From contig JAJCYE010000019.1 of assembly GCA_029263075.1 (NCBI GenBank), positions 10,454 to 74,453 on the forward strand: a stretch of 64,000 nt of DNA, written 5' to 3'. Position 1 is the stretch's first letter. Each line of letters starts with the position of its first letter. Position numbers and translations under genes: made by a program. Positions 18,853-28,674 of this stretch are shown piece after piece. The stretch comes from Actinomycetes bacterium. GTDB taxonomy: Bacteria; Actinomycetota; CADDZG01; JAHWKV01. The notes beneath the pieces are model-generated. The model was not told where the DNA came from. It saw only the letters and a program-made list of their open reading frames with translations, and searched no databases.

Positions 18853-19434
18853 GTGAAGCGACTCTGTGTTTTTACCGGATCCCGGCCCGGGGCGCTCCCT
18901 GAGTATGCCCGGGCCGCCCAGGAACTTGCCGGCGAGATCCTCGAGCGCAAGTTGGTGCTCGTTTACGGGGGCAGCACCGTCGGGCTGATGGGAATTTTGG
19001 CCGACGCGGTGTTGGAGGGCGGCGGCGAGGTGATCGGGGTCATCCCGGAGGGGCTGTTCTCCAAGGAGGTCCCCCACACGGGGCTCACCGAAATTCACAT
19101 GGTCAAGTCGATGCACGAGCGCAAACAGGTGATGTCGGACCTCGCGGACGGGTTCGTGGCACTGCCCGGCGGGGTGGGGACTCTGGAGGAGTTGACCGAG
19201 ATCTACACCTGGGGCCAGTTGGGCTTGCACCGCAAACCCTGCGGTTTGCTCAATATCGAGGGGTACTACACCCACCTCATCCGGTTCCTGGACCACGCGG
19301 TTCACGAGGGGTTCCTGGAGCCCACTCAGCGCCACACGCTGCTGGTCGCCGAAGATCCGCGCAAACTGCTGGATGAGTTCGAGGGGTACCGGGCACCCCA
19401 CCTTGACAGGTGGTTGGACCGTGTCGGCACCTAG
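18853..19434 (+). CDS. LOG-family protein (TIGR00730; cytokinin riboside 5-prime-monophosphate phosphoribohydrolase-like)
   Basis: VFTGSRPG...GGSTVGLMG...PGGVGTLEELTE matches the LOG signature motifs. It has a GTG start. Confidence 0.8.
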   Translation: MKRLCVFTGSRPGALPEYARAAQELAGEILERKLVLVYGGSTVGLMGILADAVLEGGGEVIGVIPEGLFSKEVPHTGLTEIHMVKSMHERKQVMSDLADGFVALPGGVGTLEELTEIYTWGQLGLHRKPCGLLNIEGYYTHLIRFLDHAVHEGFLEPTQRHTLLVAEDPRKLLDEFEGYRAPHLDRWLDRVGT

Positions 19435-19489
19435 CCGTTAATCGGCCGGGGAGATCGGGACCCTGCGGGAGCCGTCGAGCCGTTCCCGG

Positions 19490-21217
19490 CTACTCCGGCC
19501 GGTACCTATTCGTGATGGGCAACCGGCGATCCCGCCCGAACGCCCTCGACGTTACCTTGATTCCCGGGGGCGACTGGCGCCGTTTGTACTCCGCCCGGTC
19601 GACCATCTCTGCGACCCTTTTGACCATCGGCCGGTCGTAGCCGAGGGCGGCGATCTCATCGATCCCGAGGTGATTCTCCACGTACTCCTTGAGGATCGGG
19701 TCCAGAAGTTCGTAGGGAGGGAGTGAGTCCGTGTCCAACTGGTCGGGAGCCAGTTCGGCGGTAGGCGGTCGATCCAGGATCGCAGGTGGAATGGCTTCGC
19801 CCAGGGCGTTGCGCCAACCGGAGAGTTTGTAAACGAGGGTTTTCGGCACGTCCTTCAACACCGCGAAGCCCCCGGCCATGTCGCCGTAGAGCGTGGCATA
19901 ACCCACGGCCATCTCGGATTTGTTGCCGGTGGACAGCAGTAGCCGGCCGGTGGAGTTCGACACGTACATCCACAGGTTTCCCCGGATCCTTGCCTGTAGA
20001 TTCTGATCGGCTACTGAGAACTCGGTCTCTTCGAACTCCTCCGCCAGTGTGCGGCGCAGGGACGCCAGTGGGATTCCAATGGGCAGGGTGATCAGTTTGA
20101 AACCCAGGTTCTCCGCCAGCTGTTTGGCGTCCTGCGTGCTCTGGGAGGACGTGAACTCGCTGGGGTTGGAGAGGCCAAGTACGTTTTCGGGTCCGATGGC
20201 GTCCACCGCGATCGCAGCCGTCAGGGCGGAGTCGACCCCACCCGAGATGCCGATCACCGCCTCGCGGAAGCCGTTCTTCGCCATGTAGTCCCGCACCCCG
20301 AGGACCAGGGCGCCGTAGACCTCGCCGATCGGATCCAGCTCCGGCGCAATCTTGGGCTCGATGGGAACCCGGTCCGGGGCCGGTCGCCAGTCCAAGTCGA
20401 CCACCACCACGGTCCCGGCGCCCATCTCGTCCGCCACCTGCTCGATTAGGACTCCCTCGGGCTCCGGTACGCGGGCGCCTTCCTCGCCGTCGGGGTCGAA
20501 GTCGAAGATCAGGAGTTCCTCGCTAAATTGACCCGCCCGGGCGATCAGTTTGCCGTCGGCGGAGACCACCATGGACTGGCCGTCGAAGATCACCTCGTCA
20601 CCGCCGCCGACGCAGTTCACGTAAGCGACCGCGACGCCGTTGCCGCGGGCCCGGCGGGTCAACAGGCCGAGGCGTTCGGCGCCCTTCCCGGCGTGGAAGG
20701 GAGAGGCGTTGATGTTGATTATGAGTTGGGCGCCGGCCTCGGCGCAGTCGACGTGGGGCCCGTTCTCCAGCCACAGGTCCTCGCATACCGTGACCCCGAA
20801 GGTGAGGCCGTCGATCTCCGCCAGGACCACCTCGTCCCCCGACGAGAAGTACCTGCGTTCGTCGAACACCCCGTAGTTGGGCAGGTGATGTTTGTGGTAC
20901 ACGCCCTTAACGCGGCCGTCGCCCACGAGGGCTGCGGCGTTGTAAAGACGACCGTTGACCCGGTCCACGAAGCCGATGACCGCCGAGATCCCCATTGTGG
21001 AGGCGGCGATGGAATCCAGCGCGGCCCTGCTGTCCGCAACGAAACTGCTTTTGAGGAGGAGGTCGTCCGGGGGGTAGCCGGTAATGACCATCTCGGGAAA
21101 GGCGATCACGTCGACGCCGGACGATTTGGCCTGCTCGATGTACCGCAGGATCAGCGCGGAGTTGCCCCGCAGATCACCGATAGCGGGGTTTACTTGAGCC
21201 AGTGCAAGGCGGACCAT
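19490..21217 (-). CDS. nadE: Glutamine-dependent NAD+ synthetase
   Basis: 575 aa with an N-terminal nitrilase/CN-hydrolase domain and a C-terminal NAD synthetase domain (GISGGVDSALTAAIA). Confidence 0.9.
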   Translation of the reverse strand: MVRLALAQVNPAIGDLRGNSALILRYIEQAKSSGVDVIAFPEMVITGYPPDDLLLKSSFVADSRAALDSIAASTMGISAVIGFVDRVNGRLYNAAALVGDGRVKGVYHKHHLPNYGVFDERRYFSSGDEVVLAEIDGLTFGVTVCEDLWLENGPHVDCAEAGAQLIININASPFHAGKGAERLGLLTRRARGNGVAVAYVNCVGGGDEVIFDGQSMVVSADGKLIARAGQFSEELLIFDFDPDGEEGARVPEPEGVLIEQVADEMGAGTVVVVDLDWRPAPDRVPIEPKIAPELDPIGEVYGALVLGVRDYMAKNGFREAVIGISGGVDSALTAAIAVDAIGPENVLGLSNPSEFTSSQSTQDAKQLAENLGFKLITLPIGIPLASLRRTLAEEFEETEFSVADQNLQARIRGNLWMYVSNSTGRLLLSTGNKSEMAVGYATLYGDMAGGFAVLKDVPKTLVYKLSGWRNALGEAIPPAILDRPPTAELAPDQLDTDSLPPYELLDPILKEYVENHLGIDEIAALGYDRPMVKRVAEMVDRAEYKRRQSPPGIKVTSRAFGRDRRLPITNRYRPE

Positions 21218-21306
21218 CGCTAAAGAGTAGCCGTTTGCGGGGCCCCGGTTCCAGACGGAGGCTTAAACGGGTCGCTCAGTTACAGATGCTGGTCTTTGAA
21301 GGAGGA

Positions 21307-22317
21307 CTAATCCTTCCCAGGTGCAATCCCGGGGAGAGTTACTACCATCCGGCAGCCGACCGGCCGTCCGGAGTCCACCCGGATCTCGCCGCCGTGCAGG
21401 TCGACGATCCAGCGGGCGATGGCCAGCCCCAGCCCGGTTCCGCCCTGGGTAGAGGACCGTGCGGCATCGGCCCGGTAGAACCGTTCAAAAACCCGGCTCG
21501 CCTCGTTCTGGGGGATCCCGGGGCCTTCGTCTGCCACCTCGATGGTCACCCGCCGCTCGTTGCCGTGGGCGGCAACCGTGACCTCGGCGTCCTCGGGGGA
21601 GTGACGGACCGCGTTCTCGATCAGGTTGGCCATCACCTGGTGTACCCGCTCCTGATCGCCGTCGACGGTAAGGTCCGGCGGGTCGACGGAGACCGTTAGG
21701 TGAACGTTGCGGGAGTGGAGTTTGGACTCCCTCACTGCCTGCTGGAGCAGGTCTTCGATCCGGAAGTGGGTCCGCTGTAGGGGGACCGCTCCCGACTCCA
21801 GCCGGGACAGGTCCAACAATTGGGTCACCAACCGGCCGAGCCGGCGCACCTGCTCGTGCATGGTGGTGAAGGTGACCGGGTCCGGTTCCTCTACGCCGTC
21901 GATCAGATTTTCGAGCACCGCCTGGAGTGCGCTGATGGGCGTCCTCAGCTCGTGGGATACGTTGGCAATCAGGTCCCGCCTCATGCGGTCGACCTGTTCC
22001 AACTCCGACGCCATTGCGTTGAACGCCCGGGCCAACTCTCCCACCTCGTCCCGGGAGGTGGCGGTGACCCGCTTGGAGTAGTCCCCGCGGGACATGGTGC
22101 GGGCGGCCGAGACCATCTCCCTAAGCGGCGAGGTCATGCCCCGGGCCAGGAACTGGACCATCAGCAGCGAGAGCGCCCCGGAAGCCGTACCTACAACCAG
22201 GAGGGGGATACCGGCGCGGATCCCAAGGGTGTGGACCGCCACGGTGACCGCCACCGAGGCGACGATTACTACGCCGAGTTTGGTCTTGATCGAAGAAAGC
22301 GGATCTAGTGGTCTCAA
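21307..22317 (-). CDS. Sensor histidine kinase (two TM helices, HAMP, HisKA with HELRTP, HATPase)
   Basis: NVSHELRTPISALQAVLENL H-box; C-terminus GTGLGLAIARWIVDLHGGEI. Overlaps the response-regulator gene by 4 nt. Confidence 0.85.
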   Translation of the reverse strand: MRPLDPLSSIKTKLGVVIVASVAVTVAVHTLGIRAGIPLLVVGTASGALSLLMVQFLARGMTSPLREMVSAARTMSRGDYSKRVTATSRDEVGELARAFNAMASELEQVDRMRRDLIANVSHELRTPISALQAVLENLIDGVEEPDPVTFTTMHEQVRRLGRLVTQLLDLSRLESGAVPLQRTHFRIEDLLQQAVRESKLHSRNVHLTVSVDPPDLTVDGDQERVHQVMANLIENAVRHSPEDAEVTVAAHGNERRVTIEVADEGPGIPQNEASRVFERFYRADAARSSTQGGTGLGLAIARWIVDLHGGEIRVDSGRPVGCRMVVTLPGIAPGKD

Positions 22318-22994
22318 ATCCCTCCAGATTCCACTGCGTAGCCGACCCCGTGGACGGTTCGAAGCAGGTCCGATCCCAGCTTACGCCGCAGTGCTCCCAC
22401 GTGGGAGTCGACCGTCCGGCCGCCGAAACCTTCCCGGTATCCCCACACTTCGGCGAGGAGTTGTTCCCGGGTAAACACCACACCGGGCCGGGCTGCCAGC
22501 GTGTAGAGAAGTTCGAATTCGATGGGGGTGAGATGGATGATCTCCTGCGCCCTGCGGACCTGGCGGCGGGAGGGGTCGACCTCCAGGTCGCCCACCCGGA
22601 ACACCCTGTCCGGGGGCGTAGGGAACTTGCGGGCGCGCCTGAGAAGGGCGCGGACCCGGGCTACGAGTTCCCGGGGGCTGAACGGCTTGGTCATGTAGTC
22701 GTCGGCCCCGATACCCAAGCCCACCAGCATGTCTGTCTCGGAGTCTCTTGCGGTCAACATAAGGACGGGGATCGGGCGCTCCCGCTGGATGCGCCGGCAC
22801 ACCTCCAGGCCATCGAAGCCTGGCAGCATGACGTCCAGCACCACCAAATCGGGGCGGGACCGCTCGCACAACTCCACGCCGGAGGGACCGTCGGGCGCCA
22901 CCTCCACCTTAAAACCTTCACGCCTGAGCCGTGCGGCAACCGCAGCGGCAATGATCGACTCATCTTCGATTACTGCAATAGTTGCTGAATCCAT
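22314..22994 (-). CDS. OmpR-family response regulator
   Basis: MDSATIAVIEDE...DLVVLDVMLPGFDG...winged-helix C-terminus (VHGVGYAVE). The start is Met11 of track ORF 22314..23024. Confidence 0.85.
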   Translation of the reverse strand: MDSATIAVIEDESIIAAAVAARLRREGFKVEVAPDGPSGVELCERSRPDLVVLDVMLPGFDGLEVCRRIQRERPIPVLMLTARDSETDMLVGLGIGADDYMTKPFSPRELVARVRALLRRARKFPTPPDRVFRVGDLEVDPSRRQVRRAQEIIHLTPIEFELLYTLAARPGVVFTREQLLAEVWGYREGFGGRTVDSHVGALRRKLGSDLLRTVHGVGYAVESGGI

Positions 22995-23079
22995 GGGACC
23001 AGTGTAGGAACCGACTGCGGTCATGGTCTGTAGACCGTGTCGAGATTTTGTAGAGATTGACCGGGGCCCGGGGCCGGCA

Positions 23080-24246
23080 CTAATCGGCTACGTACTCGAA
23101 GTGCATGCCGTCGGGGTAGGTCCAGCGCCCTCCCCAGCTGAAGCCGTGGCGTTCCATAATCTCCACCAGGCGGAGGTCCATGGTGGGAGGCTGCCCGTAA
23201 AGATTTCCGGCGACGTTGAAGTCGAAGGCGATTCCCCACGAGTGGCGCGACAAACCGGCTTGTTTTCCCGAGCGGATGTACCGGGGCGAGTAGCACCCTC
23301 CGAACTCTCCCGGGCGGATGAGGTCGCCCAGGCCAGCGTCTTCGACTTCCCGGAAAGCAGCCCGCATCTTGGGGACGATCTTTTTGTGGCACCGGAAGGT
23401 CCCCAGCCGGTAGATGCTCGCCATCTCGGTGTTGGCATCGACCCAGGCCTTGTCGATCCCGATGTTTTCGGACGCTGAATTGACCGCGGGGAACTCACCG
23501 AAGATGGTTTTGATCCTGCCCAAGGACAGCAGGGGCGAGGGAGCCGAGGTAGCCCCGCTGCCTTCCGGTCCTCTGACCCTGCGGGACGGGTCCGCAGGCA
23601 TTGCGCCTCTTATGCGGTCTTCAACCGCTCTGCCCGACTCCAGCTTCTCCAAACCGATCACCAGATAGCGGGTGTCGTTCAGGTGGATCGACGCCCCCGT
23701 CTGGTGGGACACCATCACTTCGTGATCGTGCAGGTAGATATCGTCGACCACTCCGATCACCGGGATCTCCACCTGGTGGAACTGCAGTGAACCTTTATCG
23801 GCGATGCTCCTCAGGGCGGCGCCGGTACGGGAGAGGATGGCGCCGCCCCCGCTCAGCTCGGCAAACTTGGCACGGAGCGGTTGAGGAAGGGTTTGCTTGT
23901 ACTGCTCGGGGTCCACCGCCACTGCGTCGACCGGGACCTTGAGCCCGCGGGGAGGAGCGAGTGGGTGGGGACCCCCGTTGGCCCAGGCGGTCAGCCATCC
24001 GGTCCCGCTGCGCATTTCCGCCACCCCGGTTACTTCCGGCATGCTACGGGCGGCATTTACGACTTGGGGGATGAACTGAGCGTCGGGGGCGACGGTTAGA
24101 TAGGGGAGGGCCGTTCCCGGCCTGCCGGCGACCCTGATCTCCGCCTCGGAGGACGGCATACGAAAGCCGGCCAGGGCAACCAGCATGAGGCCTCCGATCA
24201 GGAAGAGGCAGAGTCCGGGCGCGATTAATACCACTGGCTTTTTCAT
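23080..24246 (-). CDS. Membrane-anchored M15-family (VanY / D-Ala-D-Ala carboxypeptidase-like, LAS) metallopeptidase
   Basis: N-terminal signal-anchor; the C-terminal domain has SRHSWGIAFDFNV (H-x6-D) and GGRWTYPDGMHFEY. It lies immediately upstream of the co-oriented RR-HK pair. Confidence 0.7.
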   Translation of the reverse strand: MKKPVVLIAPGLCLFLIGGLMLVALAGFRMPSSEAEIRVAGRPGTALPYLTVAPDAQFIPQVVNAARSMPEVTGVAEMRSGTGWLTAWANGGPHPLAPPRGLKVPVDAVAVDPEQYKQTLPQPLRAKFAELSGGGAILSRTGAALRSIADKGSLQFHQVEIPVIGVVDDIYLHDHEVMVSHQTGASIHLNDTRYLVIGLEKLESGRAVEDRIRGAMPADPSRRVRGPEGSGATSAPSPLLSLGRIKTIFGEFPAVNSASENIGIDKAWVDANTEMASIYRLGTFRCHKKIVPKMRAAFREVEDAGLGDLIRPGEFGGCYSPRYIRSGKQAGLSRHSWGIAFDFNVAGNLYGQPPTMDLRLVEIMERHGFSWGGRWTYPDGMHFEYVAD

Positions 24247-24350
24247 AGGCGTCTTGTCGCTTAGCAGTTGCCGGTTGGAGCGGACCTGTACCTATCGGCA
24301 CGTTTGGCCCGTCCTTCAGTGCTTTCCGAACATTCGGGCGGAGCAGGTCC

Positions 24351-25394
24351 CTAAGAAGCGGCTTCTGCGATCAGTTCCGAAGCTTCCCTGGTCGACAGGT
24401 GGTCCGGCGCGATCTTCCCCGCTACCGCCTCAACCGCCCGCTCGAGCCGTTCGGCGCCGGCGTCTTCGCCCAGGTGTTGGAGCATCATGGCGGCGGAGAG
24501 GATGGCCCCGATGGGGTTGGCCAGGCCGGTTCCGGCGATGTCGGGGGCGGAGCCGTGAACCGGCTCGAACATCGACACCTTCCCCGGGTGCATGTTGGCG
24601 CTGCCCACAAAACCGATGCCCCCCACCAGTCCGGCGGCCAGGTCGCTGAGGATGTCGCCGAACAGGTTGTCGGTGACCACCACCTGGAACCGTTTCGGCT
24701 GGGTGACCATCAACAGGCAGGCGGCGTCGATGTGCTGGTAGGCGGTCTCGACGCCCGGGAATTCGGGGCCGATCTCCTTCATTGCCCTCAGGTACAAGCC
24801 GCCCGCCCTTTCCAGGACGTTGGTCTTGTGCACCAGGGTGAGCGACTGCTTGCGGGCGGCCGCCAGTTCAAACCCGTAACGAACGATCCGGCTGATCGAC
24901 GGCCAGGTGTTCAGGGAGACCTCGGTGCTTATCTCCAGTTCGGTCCCTGGGTTCTCCGACTCCCCGCGGCCGCAGTACAGGCCCTCGGTGTTCTCACGAA
25001 CGATGGTGACGTCGAGTTGGTCGGCATTGTTGAGCACGCTGGAAACTCCGCTCAACAGGCGCGAAGGGCGCAGGTTCACGTAGAGGTCCAGTTCCCGGCG
25101 GAGGCGCAGGAGAAGGCCCTTCTCCAGGATTCCGGGTGGCACCCGGGGGTCGCCGACTGCCCCCAGGAGGACTGCCTCGTGTTCGTGCAAACGCGCGAGA
25201 TCGTCGTCGGTCAAGATCTCGCCGGTGTTCAGGTACCTGTTTGCGCCCAACTCATAGTTGGTGACCTCAAGCGCAAAACCTTCCGCATCGGCCACCGCAT
25301 CGAGGGCCATGAGCGCCCCTTCGATGACTTCCGGACCGATGCCGTCCCCCGGCACCACGGCCAGGTTGTGGCTACGAACGACCTCGGCCATCAA
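24351..25394 (-). CDS. leuB: 3-isopropylmalate dehydrogenase
   Basis: 347 aa with LeuB motifs (NLFGDILSD). Its start overlaps the leuA stop (ATGA). Confidence 0.9.
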   Translation of the reverse strand: MMAEVVRSHNLAVVPGDGIGPEVIEGALMALDAVADAEGFALEVTNYELGANRYLNTGEILTDDDLARLHEHEAVLLGAVGDPRVPPGILEKGLLLRLRRELDLYVNLRPSRLLSGVSSVLNNADQLDVTIVRENTEGLYCGRGESENPGTELEISTEVSLNTWPSISRIVRYGFELAAARKQSLTLVHKTNVLERAGGLYLRAMKEIGPEFPGVETAYQHIDAACLLMVTQPKRFQVVVTDNLFGDILSDLAAGLVGGIGFVGSANMHPGKVSMFEPVHGSAPDIAGTGLANPIGAILSAAMMLQHLGEDAGAERLERAVEAVAGKIAPDHLSTREASELIAEAAS

Positions 25395-26932
25395 AACGAC
25401 GGTGCGTCGTGCGCGGCACGACGGGTGTTGACGTTGGTAGCTCGATTGACTGCGTTCAAGAACGCTCGTGCCGAGCCCTCCACCACGTCGGTGGAGACAC
25501 CCCTGCCGGAGTAGATGACGCCGTCTACGTTGACCTGGACCGAGACCTCGCCGACCGCGTCGGTTCCTCCGGTCACCGCGCCGACCTTGAAGCTCAGCAA
25601 CTTGGCGTTGATCCCCAGGGCCCTCTTGATGGCACCGCAGGTCGCGTCGATCATCCCGTCGCCCTCGGCCGATTCCTCGAATGTCTCGTCGCCCGAACGG
25701 ATGCGAACCTTGGCGGTCGGATGGACGTGGGTCCCGCCCCGGACCTGCAGGTCCTCTAAAACGTAGTTGTCCTGGGAGGTGCTGATCTCGTCGGTGACCA
25801 CGGCCAACAGGTCGGCCTCCGTCATCTCCTTCTTGCGGTCCACCAACTCCCGGAAGCGGCCCCAGGCCCGGTTCAGGTCTTCGCCGTTCAGGTCGTAGCC
25901 CATGTCGGACAGGGTTTTGGCGAAGGCGTGGCGGCCTGAATGTTTGCCCAGCACGATCCGGTTGGAGTCCCAGCCGACCGAGGTCGCGTCCATGATCTCG
26001 TAGGTGGTCCGGTCCATCAGCACGCCGTGCTGGTGGATCCCCGCCTCGTGGGCGAAGGCGTTGGCTCCCACGATGGCTTTGTTCGGCGGCACCTGGTAGC
26101 CGGTCAGCGCTGAAACCAGCCGTGAGGTACGGACAATCTGCTTGGAGTCGGCACCCGTGGTGACGCCCATGCTGGCACCCCGGGTCTGGATGGCCATGAT
26201 GACCTCCTCGACCGAACAGTTGCCCGCCCGCTCACCGATGGCGTTGATGGCGCCCTCTACCTGCCGGGCGCCGGCACTCACGCCGGCCAGGGCGTTGGCA
26301 ACCGCCAGGCCCAGGTCCTGGTGGGTGTGGGTGGACCAAACCACGTCCTGGGCGCCCTCAACGTTGTCGATCAGGTAGCGGAACAGGTCGGCGTATTCGT
26401 TGGGCAGCGCATAGCCGACGGTGTCGGGCACGTTGCAAGTGGTGGCGCCGGCCTTGATGGCGGCGTTGAACATCTTCACCAGGAACTCGGGGTCGCTGCG
26501 GGTGGCGTCCTCAGCGCTGAACTCCACGTCCGGGCAGTAGTTGCGGGCTCGTTCCACCCCAGCGATGGCAATGCTCATTACCTGCTCGGGAGTTTTGTGC
26601 AGCTTCTTCTCCATATGGATGGAGGAAGTTGCGATGAAAACGTGGATCCGGGATCTCTGGGCGTCCTTGATGGATTCCCAGGCCCGGTCGATGTCGTCGA
26701 ACTGCATACGCGCCAGCCCGCAGATCACCGGCCCCTTTACGTTTTGGGCCACCGCCCTCACCGCCTCGAACTCGGACTGCGAGTTAATGGGGAAGCCCGC
26801 CTCGATGATGTCTACTCCCAGCGCGGCCAATTGGTGGGCTATCTCCACCTTTTCTTTGCCGCTCAGGTTGATGCCCGGGGACTGCTCCCCGTCGCGCAGC
26901 GTGGTGTCGAAGATGTGTACCTGGTCGGTCAT
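25391..26932 (-). CDS. leuA: 2-isopropylmalate synthase (short form, with C-terminal LeuA-dimer regulatory domain)
   Basis: VHIFDTTLRDGEQSPGINLSGKEKVEIAHQLAALGVDIIEAGFP is very close to the Firmicutes-type short LeuA rather than CimA. RBS AAGGAG lies 7 nt upstream. Confidence 0.85.
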   Translation of the reverse strand: MTDQVHIFDTTLRDGEQSPGINLSGKEKVEIAHQLAALGVDIIEAGFPINSQSEFEAVRAVAQNVKGPVICGLARMQFDDIDRAWESIKDAQRSRIHVFIATSSIHMEKKLHKTPEQVMSIAIAGVERARNYCPDVEFSAEDATRSDPEFLVKMFNAAIKAGATTCNVPDTVGYALPNEYADLFRYLIDNVEGAQDVVWSTHTHQDLGLAVANALAGVSAGARQVEGAINAIGERAGNCSVEEVIMAIQTRGASMGVTTGADSKQIVRTSRLVSALTGYQVPPNKAIVGANAFAHEAGIHQHGVLMDRTTYEIMDATSVGWDSNRIVLGKHSGRHAFAKTLSDMGYDLNGEDLNRAWGRFRELVDRKKEMTEADLLAVVTDEISTSQDNYVLEDLQVRGGTHVHPTAKVRIRSGDETFEESAEGDGMIDATCGAIKRALGINAKLLSFKVGAVTGGTDAVGEVSVQVNVDGVIYSGRGVSTDVVEGSARAFLNAVNRATNVNTRRAAHDAPSF

Positions 26933-27024
26933 ACCAGACTCCTTAAGTGGTCAACTCGTGGGTCGCTTTTTGATGGATGGGCTCTGGGTCGCACCTTTAC
27001 AGCAGCGACCCGAGCCCTCAAAGC

Positions 27025-27060
27025 GCGAGTAAGAGAACAGTCGGGGGGGTGCCCCCCGAC
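27025..27060 (-). terminator. Hairpin GTCGGGGGG-gt-CCCCCCGAC followed by UGUUCUCUU on the minus strand; probable terminator of the ilvBNC unit
   Basis: Lies 40 nt downstream of the ilvC stop and upstream of the leuA start. Confidence 0.4.
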
Positions 27061-27101
27061 GACCCCCCAAAAACCTCGTTGGAGTTAGCAGGCATTGATG
27101 T

Positions 27102-28097
27102 TCAGTCCTTTCGCAGCCAGGGCATCATGGACCTGAGTTCTTTGCCGACCGCCTCGATCTTGTGGGCTGCCGCGTCGTCTCGCATCTTCTGGAAGTTGGG
27201 GGAGCCGGCCTCGGCTTCCGCCACCCACTCGTCGGCAAAGTTGCCGCTTTGGATGTCGACCAGGATCTTGTCCATGGCTTCGCGGGTCTCGTCGGTTACC
27301 ACCCGCTGGCCGCGGGTCAGGTCGCCGTACTCGGCGGTGTCGGAGATGGAGTTGCGCATCTTCGCCAGACCGCCTTCGTAGATCAGGTCGACGATCAGCT
27401 TCACTTCGTGAAGACACTCGAAGTAGGCGACTTCCGGCTGGTAGCCGGCGTCCACCAGGGTCTCGAAGCCGGTCTGGATCAGCCGGGTCAGGCCGCCGCA
27501 CAGCACGGCCTGCTCGCCAAACAAGTCGGTTTCGGTCTCCTCGGTGAACGTGGTAGCGATCAGCCCGGCGCGAGCCGAACCGATGCCGTAGGCGTAAGCC
27601 AGGGCGTAAGCCAGGGCCTTGCCGGTGGCGTCCTGCTCCACGGCCACCAGCGCCGGGGTGCCGATGCCTTCGGTGAAGGTGCGGCGGACCAGGTGCCCGG
27701 GTCCTTTGGGGGCGACCATGAAGACGTCGACTCCCGCCGGGGGAGTGATCCTCTTAAAACGGATGTTGAATCCGTGGGCGAAGACCAGGGCGTCGCCGTC
27801 GTTGAGGTTGGGTGCTATCGACTCGTCGTAAATCGCCTTGCAGGTCTGGTCGGGGACCAGCAGCATGATGACTTCGGCGTCGGCCGCAGCTTTGGAGGTT
27901 TCCATCACCTTCAGGCCCGTGGCTTCGGCCGCAGCCCAAGAGGACGAACCTTCCCTGAGGCCGACGCGGACGTCGAAGCCCTGGTCCTTGAGGTTCAGGG
28001 CGTGAGCATGGCCCTGGGAACCGAAACCGATGATCGCGATGGGTCGCCCCTTCAGGACTTCGGGATCGGCGTCCTTTTCGTAGTACTTCGTGGCCAT
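27102..28097 (-). CDS. ilvC: Ketol-acid reductoisomerase
   Basis: 331 aa; [24 protein letters not shown] motif. Confidence 0.92.
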   Translation of the reverse strand: MATKYYEKDADPEVLKGRPIAIIGFGSQGHAHALNLKDQGFDVRVGLREGSSSWAAAEATGLKVMETSKAAADAEVIMLLVPDQTCKAIYDESIAPNLNDGDALVFAHGFNIRFKRITPPAGVDVFMVAPKGPGHLVRRTFTEGIGTPALVAVEQDATGKALAYALAYAYGIGSARAGLIATTFTEETETDLFGEQAVLCGGLTRLIQTGFETLVDAGYQPEVAYFECLHEVKLIVDLIYEGGLAKMRNSISDTAEYGDLTRGQRVVTDETREAMDKILVDIQSGNFADEWVAEAEAGSPNFQKMRDDAAAHKIEAVGKELRSMMPWLRKD

Positions 28098-28124
28098 GCC
28101 TGGTGCCTCCTAGATTGTTGTGTG

Positions 28125-28637
28125 TTAACCCGCCACCCGCAGTTGACGGTCTTTGATTGATTTGGAACCCCGGCCCAGTGCCACGCGGCCGGATTTGACC
28201 AGTTCGATTATCCCGTAGACGGCGACGAGATCTTCGAACGCCTGGATCTTCTCGGGGGAACCGGTGATCTCGATGGTCATGGAGTCGGTGCCGACGTCGA
28301 TGACCTTGCCCCGGAACACGTCGGCCAGCTCGATGATGCGGGCCCTGACCTCCGCAACGGCCCGGATCTTGATGAGCATGAGTTCACGCTCCACCGACGA
28401 TCCGGCCTCCAATTCGATGACCTTGAGCACGTTGATCAACTTGTACACCTGTTTGGTCACGTGCTCCAGCGGCCGCTCGGGCAGGTCGACCACAATCGTC
28501 ATGCGGCTGACGTTAGGGCTCTCGGTGGTGCCGACCGCCAGGGAGTGGATGTTGAAGCCCCGGCGGGCGAACAGCCCCGAAACCCGGGCCAACACGCCCG
28601 GCTTGTTCTCGACAAGGACTGCGATGGTGTGTTTCAC
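28125..28637 (-). CDS. ilvN: Acetolactate synthase small (regulatory) subunit
   Basis: 170 aa with an ACT domain (MKHTIAVLVENKPGVLARVSGLFARRGFNIHSLAVG). Confidence 0.9.
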   Translation of the reverse strand: MKHTIAVLVENKPGVLARVSGLFARRGFNIHSLAVGTTESPNVSRMTIVVDLPERPLEHVTKQVYKLINVLKVIELEAGSSVERELMLIKIRAVAEVRARIIELADVFRGKVIDVGTDSMTIEITGSPEKIQAFEDLVAVYGIIELVKSGRVALGRGSKSIKDRQLRVAG

Positions 28638-28674
28638 GAGATGGCGCTCCCCTCAGTGATGTAGTGGCTCTCGA

